A stretch of DNA of 64,000 nt, from the NCBI GenBank assembly GCA_965153455.1, contig OZ234493.1:17226213-17290212 (forward strand), written 5' to 3'. Shown here piece by piece: positions 52,621-64,000 of this stretch. This stretch comes from Sphagnum compactum (Eukaryota). The notes under the pieces were generated by a model that was not told the DNA's origin, made no database searches, and saw nothing but the letters and a program-made list of their open reading frames with translations. Position 1 is the stretch's first letter; every line of letters begins with the position of its first letter. The position numbers were made by a program, and so were the translations under genes.

Positions 52621-53273
52621 GGTCAACAGAACATTAACGATAACATTTTTCCTTCATCGACGTCTCTTTCCTCTTTGTCTTTCATGCATATAGAAGGACA
52701 GAAACATTTGGACAGGGAGCACCCGCTCCGGGAGCATTTACATTGGTGCATCAGGATGACGGGTTAAACGAAAGACACAGGATTATAGTGCATGCAGAAA
52801 GGTTCAAATTGAAAGCATAACGAAGAGACCCATTTGCCCCTCCGTTCAGCAGCATCTGGTAAAACCAACAATGCAGTGCCTGCGAACACAACAAGCAACG
52901 TAGGAATTCTGTGCTAATATTCTTTATGAGAATCAACAACAACATCTCACCGTGGTCGAGCTGCACGTCGAGAGCAATCCATGATGCTACGGTTTGGAAA
53001 CACACGACGCAAGGCAATCGTACCGAGGCACAAATACACAATCAATTTTCAGAAATTCTAACGCGAGAAGAAACAGGAGAAGAGGTGACTAAACCCCAAG
53101 TGCTGCTTCTCTGTCTCTCTCTCTCTCAACCGACTCGAACAGCCACTCTGCAATACAGCATCGGTGAAAAACCCTGAAGCGCGATCGCAAATCTCCTCAA
53201 AAATCCAAAGCGAGCACCAACTAAGCCGTCTCAAATTCCCGTGTCTCTCTTCGGTACATCGAAAGAAAGACAA

Positions 53274-53970
53274 AAATCCCGCGCGGAAGAAAAAAAAGAT
53301 GTACCTGCGCGTCAGGAGCGATACGGGCTTCCAGAGCAGGATTTGCACCAACAGGAGCATCCGAAGGAGCTCCTGACGACATGCTCTTATCAGCATCACC
53401 GGTCAGCTTCTTCCATGATACCACGGTGGTAAGGTAGGATCCGAGAACACAGCGTACCGACTTAGTACAGTGCGAGAGAAACGAAGCTGTTTGTCGAAGG
53501 CGTAGAGCGTGAGACGAAAAGGGAACGCGTGAAGAGGTTGCGCGAAAGACTTGGAAGAAGAGAAAAAACGGAAAAGCTAGAAGAAGAGGTTCAGTGAAAG
53601 AAGAGGTTCGAAGAAAAGGCGGCAAATCCCCCGCGGAAGAAAAAAAAGATGTACCTGCACGTCAGGAGCGATACGGGCTTCCAGAGCAGGATTTGCGCCA
53701 ACAGGAACATCCGAAGGAGCTCCTTAAGACATGCTCTGATCAGCATCACCGGTCAGCTTCTTCCATGATACCACGGTGGTAAGGTAGGATCCGAGAACAC
53801 AGCGTACCGACTTAGTACAGTGCGAGAGAAACGAAGCTGTTTGTCGAAGTCGTAGAGCGTGAGACGAAAAGGGAACGCGTGAAGAGGTTGCGCGAAAGAC
53901 TTGGAAGAAGAGAAAAAACGGAAAAGCTCGAAGAAGAGGTTCAGTGAAAGAAGAGGTTCGAAGAAGAGGC
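53274..53970 (+). repeat. Tandem duplication of about 350 bp
   Basis: aaatccc..gcggaagaaaaaaaagatgtacctgc ... gaagaggttcgaagaa, starting near 53274 and 53625. Confidence 0.92.
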
Positions 53971-54029
53971 GGCTGCAGGAACGGCAAATCCGTCGCACAA
54001 AACAGCGGTAGGTGGATAGTCCGTCGCGG

Positions 54030-56507
54030 AGGTATGTGAGGATCGGTTTTTTTTCTGGGTTTTGGAAGAGAGGTGGGACCAGAGGCGAACGTTATTTTAT
54101 GAAAATGCATGGGCGGAGGTGTTGAAATAGTGAACTTTTTTTCCATAGATTGCGAGAGGTCAAGGGTACATATATATATTTCGGCGAGGGGGTTTTGAGT
54201 CGAAAAAACAGTTTTTTTTTTTTTTTTGGGGGTTTTGTTTTGCACATCTTCCAAAGGAATTTTTTTTGGTTATCATGAGACCACAGGCTATTCCAGTTCG
54301 GATTTTTTCCTTTCTTCTTATCTTCCTTTTTTTTCTTGTATTTTTTCTTGGACTTTTAAAAGGCATTTTCTTCCCCCTTTTTTCGTCCTCCCGTCTTTCT
54401 TCGGAATCCTCATTTTTCGCCCTTTTCCATGTTCTTCTTCTTACCGAACGTTTCTTATGGTTATTCGGTCGTATTTATTGGTTGTACTTATTCATTCATT
54501 TTTATTTATTCGTCTAATTTTGATCGTTTATTTTTCTTTTCCCTATTTTTTTCAATTTGTCGTAGTATATATTTTTTATCCTTGGATCCTTTTGTCGGGT
54601 TTGCAAGATGGGGGGAAGGAATAGGAAGGAACAAGTACAAAACGAAGAGCGAGGAACAAATCCGGAAGATTTGTTTTTTGAATTTACACCAGGAATAAAA
54701 ATCCGAAATAATTGCCTTTGGAGGTATATATATATGTAAAGGAATTGCAGGGAAAAAAAATAGGGGGCCCCGTCACAGTCCATCCAGGCGCTGCAAGTGT
54801 CCAACTTTTCACAAGTGTAACCAATGGGAAGCTGGCACACCCCGTGGGTGGGGGGGGGGGATGTCAGGAAAAGATTAATTTCTTGTTCAAGGTGGGTTTA
54901 GGATTAGATTGTGATTGTTTGTTTTGATTTTTCCCTTTCCATCCTCTTGGCCCCTTGAAGAAGAATTAATTTTGATATTGAAGTTTCTAACGTTTGGGCT
55001 ATTTGACTAGAAGGGAGCGAAGGTGTGTGAGGATCGGTTTTTTTTCAGGGTTTTGGAAGAGAGGTGGGACAAGAGGCGAACGTTATTTTAGGAAAATGCA
55101 TGGGCGGAGGTGTTGAAATAGTGAACTTTTTTTCCATAGATTGCGAGAGGTCAAGGGTACATATATATATTTCGGCGAGGGGGTTTTGTGTTGAAAAAGC
55201 AGTTTTTTTTTTTTTTTTTTTGGGGTTTTGTTTTGCACATCTTCGAAAGGAATTTTTTTTGCTTTTTTTTTTTGGTTATCAGGAGACCACAGGCTATTCC
55301 AGTTCGGATTTTTTCCTTTCTTCTTATCTTCCTTTTTTTTCTTGTATTTTTTCTTGGACTTTTAGAAGGCATTTTCTTCCCCCTTTTTTCGTCCTCCCAT
55401 CTTTCTTCGGAATCCTCATTTTTCGCCCTTTTCCATGTTCTTCTTCTTACCGAACGTTTCTTATGGTTATTCGGTCGTATTTATTGGTTGTACTTATTCA
55501 TTCATTTTTATTTATTCGTCTAATTTTGATCGTTTATTTTTCTTTTCCTATTTTTTTTCAATTTGTCGTAGTATATATTCTTTATCCTTGGATCCTTTTG
55601 TTGGGTTTGCAAGATGTAGGGAAGGAATAGCAAGGAACAAATCCGGAAGTAATGTGGCAGTTGCTCGATTCACCGGTACGCCCAATACTGAGCCACGCTT
55701 GCGAGGTGCGGACAAGTTGTACAGGGGCGAAAGGGTGACAACAAGTACATAGAATGTTCGTGAGAGGAATATTGGGGGTGAATAAAACAACAAGCACTTT
55801 TGCGGTGTCGGGTGAGTTTGGAAGGTATCCAGGGGAGCATTTGTGGTGGCAACAAACTCTCAAGTATTATCATAGTTATGACATTCTTGGTGCGAGAATG
55901 TTACGGAAGCCCAAAGAAGCAAGAATTTTAACGAATTTTATAGATCAACCAGTGTAATTTGGTAAACATTGGCGGGTGAAGAATGTTTTGACAAGGTGCT
56001 AAATGAAGAATTTTAAAGAATTTTAATGTGCAAAATGAAGAATGTCATCACTAGGGTAGGAGAAGCCTCCTACACGGTACCCTCGGACTCCAAGGGGGTC
56101 AACTTCTCTCTCGAAGACAGCTTCAGCACGCATGGCAAAAGGCCAGGAAAGAATGATGTCATGGGGCGCTCCCCATTTTTGCCAGACGTGATAGCGACAT
56201 ACAGAACTCACGGTCGGGGCACTACAGTCGATAATGTCAAGCTGTTTTAGCGTAATGTTTTAGGCTTGAAACTCGAAGGTCTTCGTGTTATTGCCGTAGG
56301 TGAAGTGTTTATTCGATTTATTAATCATTCCATTGTCCTATAGTTTGAGGGGGCCTTTCAAAAGTACTTATCCCCCCATCAGTTTGGAATATTGACCCCT
56401 GAAGGCTAGGTAGTAGGAGACCATCATTTTTGGCATTAGAGCCTTCCTCAACCGACACCTTGATTGGGTGATGATGCAAGTTGACGTCAAAAACGTTTTT
56501 AATAACG
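54030..56507 (+). repeat. Composite repeat: partial copy (54030-54667) plus full copy B (54666-56507)
   Basis: Matches about 43500-44147 and 43110-45008 respectively. Confidence 0.88.
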
Positions 56508-56929
56508 ATGGAATCCCAAGTCGAGGTGGGAAAGCAGAAATGAAAAATGGGAGGGCGCCAGCAATAGGGCCTAGCTCTCTCTTCGAAGTAAGAAGAGGGC
56601 CCAGCAGGAAGTGCTAACTTAACCAAGATATACTTCCTATGGCCTAATTGAAGACTGCTGCAAATATATTGCCATCGTTCCTTTAATTACTGGCCGTTTC
56701 AATTCGCTGGGACAAGTTGATGAATTTACTAGATCTTTTTAGGAGGTACTAATGACTATAGATAGGACTTATCCAATTTTGACAGTTAGGTGGTTGGAAT
56801 ATTGACCCCTGAAGGCTAGGCAGTAGGAGACCATCATTTTTGGCATTAGAGCCTTCCTCAACCGACACCTTGATTGGGTGATGATGCAAGTTGACGTCAA
56901 AAACGTTTTTAATAACGATGGAATCCCAA

Positions 56930-57245
56930 CAGAATTCTTTCAAGAATACGTGAATGAGGTAGCCCCCACGTGACTACTAGCTTTCAAGGCCATGTTAGCA
57001 CGGGGATTGACCTCAGAACACATTAACGAGGGCATGATCACCCTGATTCCCAAGTAGGGGAGCACTCAGAACTGGGGAATGGGCGCCCAATCACACTTTT
57101 GGGAAGCATAAACAAGATCATTGCCAAAACTTTAGGTAGAAAAATCGAAGAATTCCTTCCTCTCGTGATCAGACCAAACCAAACCGGTTTTGTAGAAGGA
57201 AGAAACATTCTAGACAATAACTTCCTGGCTCAAGAGGCTCTGGTC
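56930..57245 (+). mobile_element. L1/Tx1-type LINE reverse transcriptase remnant
   Basis: EFFQEY...INEGMITLIPK*...RPITLLGSINKIIAKTLGRKIEEFLPLVIRPNQTGFVEGRNILDN, with stops. Confidence 0.85.
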
Positions 57246-58759
57246 TAGTCTCCATCCTCTTTCCTATATTTATTCATTATTTCAGTGGGGGCAGATAGAT
57301 GAGGGCATAAAGGGTTAATTATGATACATGTTGAAAGTTTTGAAAGGACTTTCCCCCCCCCCCATTTTCATGTGTTTTAAAGCTCGTGGTGGAGTTATTT
57401 TTGCTCAAAAGTGCCAAGTTTGCAATATGTAGGAAATTTCGGGTTTTTATGTTTGATGGGCATTTTGAGCGAATTGCGGTATTTTTTCTTATATTCGAAG
57501 GTGGCCTACCCCCCGCCCCCCCCATTTTGAAATATTTTAAACAAGACAATGCAAAGAGATTTTCATAATCTATCACCATTTGCAAGATTAGGGGGGGTTT
57601 GACTTTTGCAGGTCCAGGTTTTGCGGAATTTATGGAGTTATGCCAAGTTTAGCATAATTTTGGTCTATTTTTTAAAGATTATGTCTGGACCGACCCCCCC
57701 CCCCCCCCATTTTGAAGTGTTTGGAAGTCGGCGGGAGATTTGTTTTTGTTGAAAATTGTGAAGTTGGGAAGATACAAAATATATCGGGCAAAGGCAAATC
57801 CGGCAAGGAAGGTTTTCACAACAGCGGATGAGGAAAAGCAGGTTTTCGGAAACGTAGATGAATGAAACCAGATTTTGATAAAGGCAGTTGCAACAAAGGC
57901 ATATTGAGGAAACACAAAGTGCAAAAACGAAGGTTGCGGCAAACCGGGAATGGGAAAACGCAGTTTCGGCAAACGTGAATGAGAGAAACCGAGTGGATGG
58001 TTAAGGCAAAACTTAATGAATTTCACAACCTTTTTACGATCAAAGAAATCATTTGTAGTTTCTAGGTTTTTGTTGAAGGAAATGTTTTGCATTACAAAGA
58101 GATTGTGGGACTATCATGCCACTAGATAAATTTTCAAGCTATTATTAGAAGGTATTGTTGTACTAATAAGAGAATCATATAATGAATGGGGGGAATATTT
58201 TGAAGGAGGAACACCACAAGGTATTTTGTCCATACCAACCCTCGTAAAAATTCCCATAAAAATGTCATTATTCAATCATTTCAAAGTCAATTTAAAAGTC
58301 TTTTAATAATTTTTAAAAAAAAATATTGTTTAAAAATCTTTTTGGTACTCAATACTCATTGAATTCGTTTCAAATTTAAACAAATGTTGCATAATATATT
58401 AAAATATTTTTAAAAACATCAACTCAACAACCTTTGCATTGTTCAAATTTTAACATTATCATTTAAATTTGATTAAAAGGTTAAAAAACCAAAAACGACA
58501 TACATGATGAATGTAAGTTTTGAACAAAATAAAAAAACATAAATGAAATCATTACGTGGAAATGATTTTTTGGATCATTGCACACAAAAATTTCCATACT
58601 ATATTGCACCAAAACTAATGCATAAATTGTCATTTTTCTAATCACAAGACCATTATTGTTAGCATTAATCTTACCCTTGAATTTTGGAATGTTTTCAATC
58701 ATACATTTGTTGGGAAACCACAAAATGTTCTTCCTTGCATGAGTTTTTATGAACCAAAC

Positions 58760-59555
58760 TGTGGCAACCCCACTTGGGCCAAGTGTGGGGGTGAAGCCCA
58801 ACACTTGGAAAAAGTGAGGATTTGGAGTCCTCCGGGACTCCCGAATGTTCAGAGTTCGACAGCAAGGCCCAAAACACCTCGCATTTGGGTGTTCTTGGTG
58901 TCATTGGAAAGGTCTTGAAGCGTAGATATCGAGAATGCCTTCGCATTGGGCATTTGGACATCTGTCGCCCAAGTTATGGGCAAAAGAAGGGCCGGGAGTC
59001 AAAGTGGCAGTTTGACTCCTGACCACTAAAAGTCGGGAATCGACCTCTTCCCGAAGTCCGAATTGGGAGTGATACGTCGTTGGAAAGATCTCGACGAGGG
59101 CTACAAGTTTGGTTCAGACCTCGTCGCGATCCGATCTCGCAGTCGGGAGTTATGAGCTCCCAAAGTCCCGGGACTCCACCCGGGACGATTTCGGGACAAT
59201 TTCGGGACTCCATTTCGGGAGTCCCGGGAATTTGTGCCATTTGGATGTAGCCCCCACGGGGCGTCGCAGAGTATACTATAGGGAGTATGGTGGTGGCATA
59301 CTCCCGAGTCCGGGCCGTGGTGTGTCTTGTGGTTCGAAGTGCCCGTGGCTTGTCCCAACACCCAAGGGTGTCCCGGAATGTGAACTAACCATGTGGGTGG
59401 TTTGTTTTGATGCAGATTCATGCTTGATCTACTAAATCTTCTTCCTAGTCTTATCCCCGGGCTCCCAACTCGACCCTCTACCCCTTTCTAGAGTTGGAAG
59501 CCGGGAACGTGCCTTCAAGTCTCAACTTTCCGCAACTTGACTTTGTGAAACCCTA
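58760..59555 (+). mobile_element. LTR-like high-copy repeat (solo or truncated LTR)
   Basis: Sharp AT-to-GC transition at TGTGGCAACCCCACTTGGGCCAAGTGTGGG. Resembles an abundant Sphagnum LTR-type repeat (recalled). No internal domain, and the 3' end is not clearly defined. Confidence 0.6.
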
Positions 59556-60653
59556 TACATATGATCTGCGCACTACGCTCGCAGTGCGCGGGGCTGGGGG
59601 CTATTTGACCACCAAAAAGAGACTGTAGTGCGGGGCTGTTTGAACGTAGTGCGAGGCTGTATATGTTGACCTTTTTCACTTTTTGTTACTTTTTGTACTG
59701 CGCATAACTTTTATAAATTACTTTTTACTGCTGAAACAGGGGTAAGGTTTGTTACTTTTTGTTACTTTTTTACTGCTTGTAACTTTTAACAATTACTTTT
59801 TATTGGGCCAAGAGGGCCAGGGTTTGTATTTTATTCATTGTGGGACGGGGGGGGGGGGGGGGGGAAAGAGTGCACCTTGATTTTTTTCCTTCATTTTTTT
59901 GACTGTTGAGGGGGAGGGAGGGGGGGTGGAGGTTGATGTTTTTATTTTCCCCTTCATTGGAAATGTGGAAGGAGGAGGGGGGGAAAGGGGTTAATTTAAG
60001 GGCTCTGGAAATGTTTTTTTCATTGTGGAGAGGCTAGGGAGGGGAAGGGGGTAATGGTTTTTTACAAATTCATTATGGGATGGGGGAAAGGGTGCACCGG
60101 GGGAAAGGGTGCAGGTTGATTTTTTTTCTTTTTTTTTGACTGTTGAGGGGGAGGGGGGTGGAGGTTATATTTTTTTTTTTCCTTCATTTGACATGTGGAA
60201 GGAGGAAGGGAAAGGGATGATTTTTTTTTTTAATTTTGTTTTTTTCATTGTGGAGTGGCTAGGGGACAGGGGGGAACATGAAAGGGTTTTTTTTTTTAAT
60301 ATGTTGAAGGGGGATGGGAGGGAGTTTTTTTTTCTATGTTGAAAAGGGATGAGAGGGGGGTTTTCTTTTTACAAGTTCACAGGGGGGGGGGGGGGGTTAG
60401 GGTTGGTTTAATTAATTAAATCTGAGCTAAAATAAAATAAACTTAATTAAGTAGGTAGTTGATTTTCATGTAATTGATCATAAAAATATAGTTATCCATA
60501 GATGAATGAAATGTGACCATGTCATATGAAACGTTTTTTTAAATGAATTTTTAAAAATATCTAAAATGAGTTGCACATGGGTAATGCCATGTCACGCGGA
60601 GCCCAAGTCGGGTATTGACCCCCGGAAAAAAAACACCAAAAAAAGTTCGGGCA

Positions 60654-60835
60654 GCAAGTAAATAAGTAATTGTTTTTGGGTTGAAAAATAAAGGGTTGTT
60701 TAGGGCAGATGACAAGAATTAAGCCCATTACTTAAGCAAGTTAATAAGTAATTGTTTTAGTTTTGAGTTGAAAATAAAGGGTTGTTTAGGGCAGATGACA
60801 AGAATTAAAAGATTACTTAAGCAAGTTAATAAGTA
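60654..60835 (+). repeat. Tandem repeat of about 85 bp followed by a GGGCAG-motif-rich tract to about 61430
   Basis: gcaagt(a/t)aataagtaattg...aaataaagggttgtttagggcagatgacaagaatt occurs twice. Confidence 0.75.
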
Positions 60836-63800
60836 TGGTCGTGATAAAGAATAATTTCTTTGGGCAGAAAAAAAATGAATTTCAGCTTTGGGTTGGTAAA
60901 ATTTTGGAAAGGGGGGGGCAGATTATTAAAATAAGTGGACCCCGTCCAAAACAGTGGGCTGTTGGCCCCAAAAAAACTCATTTGGGCAGTGAATAAAATA
61001 CTTTTGAGCAATTCTTTAGGCAGAAAATTAAATACTTTGGAGGAAACCAAAAAATTGGGCAGCGAATAAAATCATTTTGAGCAGATATTGGGCAGAATTT
61101 ATTTTTCTTTCGAGCAATTATCGGGGCGGTGAATAATACACCGGTGAGCAAAAAATTTGGGCAGCGAATAATTTCCTTTTAGCAGAAATATGGGCAGAAA
61201 TAGAAATACTTTTGAGCTTTGGGGCCGGGGAAAAAAAAAGGTGGGGGCGGTTGTGGTAGGGGCAGATGAAAACAACACTAATCAAACACTTCTCAAGGCA
61301 TTTAAGATTTTTTTTGGAACATTGGGTTGTTGGCACTACAAGGCAGCGAGTAAAAAAGCACTTTTGAGCTTCGGCTAGGTTCAACTTGGGAAAATAAAAA
61401 TGGGCAAAAGGAGGGGTAGTAGGGGCAGATGTTGAAAATAAAAACATATTTTCGCGGGCAGGAGGTTGACCCTAGAATCACGCTCTCTCTTCGTCCGTCG
61501 TCTCTTCCGTCGTGCTCAGTCGTCTCCTCTCTCTCTCTCTCTCTCTGTGAGAAGCAAAGAGACTTTTCGAGACAGAATTTGATCATTGTTTTTTTGGCTT
61601 TTCCCCTCTTTCTTTTTTGGCGGTTGTGGCGGACGTCGTTTTGTGTTGTGATCCGGTTCTTTGATTTTGTGGAGTTTTTGTTCTGGGTGTGAGGAGGAAG
61701 AGGAGGAGGAAATGGAAAGTTCAGAAACTGCAACATTGTTCTTGGGAGGAGTTTGTTTTTTTTGGCTTTTGATTTGAAGGTGCTGATGGACTCGCCACTA
61801 TCCTTTTTCCAATTCTTTGTCGTTTCTTGTGCCGGGCTGCGTGCATTCTTCTTCTTCCCCCAGACGGACTAGTGCTCGAGACCTGTTCACGGTCCAGGTC
61901 CGTAGAAAAAATCGATGACAAGGAATCGTTGACCCCCAACCGGCTCCTTAGTGCGTTGGGTCGGAAGTCTCCGAATCCGGAACGCAGACAGCTCTGGTCG
62001 TTCTTTTCAACCTCTGAGCCGCATCATCAGAATCCATTTGCATCGTGATTTGGGCCTCAGTACCTCAGGCCAAGTTCCAGAAGGTGTGCTAGGTGAGCTC
62101 AACCGAATTTCCAACTCCACAGCAGCTGAATCTGAATAGATCCTTTTGGGTGTTTTTGCAATCTTCCAGTGCAGCGCTTTCCACCACTCTCAGAGGGTTT
62201 AGGCTCAGCAAGTCCGAATTTTTGTTGAATCCTTCTTTTGGGTTGTGATCGATTTCTAAGAGTCTGTTGTTATTGTGGTCACAAAAAAAAGCTTTTATAA
62301 CATTCTGATCCATTTTTACATTTGCATCGTGATTTGGGCTTGCATTCGTCTTCTTATTTTTGTTGTTGCACTCACCAGGAAGCTAGTTAAAGAGTGTTTG
62401 ATTCGTGCATTCAGTCGGGGGGTTTGTTTTCACACTCCACTCCCCTACAATTTGTACAGGCAAAAAATTTGGTCAAGTTTTTTTGGACATCTTGCAAGCA
62501 GGAATTTAGCAATCAAGATGCTTCATTTAACACTAGGAATGTCTCTATTACAGAAACTTCAAGTCAATTTTCTCAATCAATCTTTTGTCTTCCTTTTTTC
62601 CAGCTCGGGATAAGTGCTTTATGGAATCGTACGTCTAGTCATTGCGGTAATTTGCGCCTTCTATCTCCCCTTTCGACTTTTTTCACCTGCTACAGGAGGA
62701 AGAAGGAGAAGAAGAAGAAGAAGCTGCACAAACAGGAACAAATACCTCAATATGCTAATCTTGGACCCACCTCAGGCTGTGGCAGATTCCGAAACTTTGG
62801 TCTGTCATTGCATTAGAGTAGAAGGCCACCACTCAATAGAGCCCTGGGTGAGCCTCCTCTCTGACCAGGACAAGCCTTGCCAGTAGTTGCCTGTCTGGTA
62901 TAGTGGCTTTCTCTTCCATGGCCATCACCAGGCCTTCATCGACACGGAACAGGATCACATAAGGATGAGGAAGACTAATTCTGGTGAGTATCCATAACTG
63001 CTTGAATAGGTATATGCATAATTTTTGAGCGAGAATATCTTGTTGCTCGGATTACTGGTAAACTATTGGATGGAAGGTCAGAACAATTTTGGGAAAATTG
63101 ACAATCCAAAAAACTTTTGGGACTCCTAAAAGCCCTTATTTTATTCAAGATACAGACAGCTATGAGGTCACCAGCTTGGTCACTGACATCATTCAGGTCG
63201 GTGCCCGGTAGTGTGATCTTCCGACCACCTGTCTTTGCAAATGTACCCCCACCACCCCTTTGCAAACCTGTCGGACTATTTCCTGGTAAGCATCCTAGAT
63301 ATATGGAGTTCCACACAACACCAACTATTTGCACCTGCAACCATACCCCTACCGCGAACCAAAATAATGTATTACCCATGGCTGGGATGGAGAGTATTCC
63401 AGAGAAAATCGTTGTGCTATCTTTGCGTCCATATATTGCAGTGGAAAGACAGTCCACCACCCTGGTACACAGTAGTTTATATCCCCGACCAGAGGATTGC
63501 TTCACCAGGGTCCCACTTACCGCACAGAGTTACGGTGATCTGGATCCAGAGGAGGAAACAATCGACCTGGCTCACAGTAGTAGGCTATCCTCGGGATGCA
63601 TAGAACACGAGCTCAAATCCCAGGACCACTACCAATGGGTCTCAGGCACTTTTCAAATTTTCCATTTCCTGCTCCCAGAAGCAAGTTCATTAACCCACAT
63701 TTGAAGGTTCACACGACCATTTTTGAAGCACAAAAAGTACTTCATGTCTCTGAAGAATGCTGAGAGAAAAAGGAATTTATATGAGCGCTCCATCATTACC

Positions 63801-64000
63801 TGAGATGGGTTTAGGGTGAGCAAGCCGTGCCAGAACTGTGTCCTCGATTACTTCCAGGAGTTGCTTTTGCTGCAGCAAACAAGCACCGGCACATTGTCAG
63901 ATGTCATCGACCTTGACACCGCATACGGGAGCCGTGAAAACAGAAAGCGAAAGCACGGGAAGGCACATCACGAGCGCGACATACGCTTTAATTGTCGGCA

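Noticed and set aside
63117-63704. 195-aa plus-strand ORF
   Set aside because: Non-ATG start and no motifs. More likely the antisense of a decayed minus-strand sequence.

Overview
Eukaryotic land-plant DNA, most likely a moss. The repeat families look Sphagnum-like, but that is inference from memory. The window is repeat-rich and heterochromatin-like, with one apparently intact gene, a DRD1/CLASSY-type SNF2 remodeler (- strand, 51083-47956). It also holds many intron-retaining gene fragments or pseudogenes (NAT transporter, PRP40C, SEC16, two Dicer-like helicase exons, an Ig-like membrane protein, a conserved unknown protein), plus Helitron-like elements, MITEs, LINE remnants and an LTR-like repeat. 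The top finding is a 5-exon gene that the ORF track splits into pieces (- strand, 40467-38646, about 470 aa). It encodes an N-terminal U1/matrin-type zinc finger fused to a TET/JBP-like Fe(II) dioxygenase domain, and it lacks the canonical 2-oxoglutarate-binding RxS motif. This copy carries one nonsense codon and an HxD-to-HxN change. Two other candidates stand out: an in-frame Dicer-exon/DRD1-CLSY splice chimera, and a 176-bp tandem array in which every unit folds into a pre-miRNA-like hairpin. All family assignments come from manual motif recognition, not database searches.
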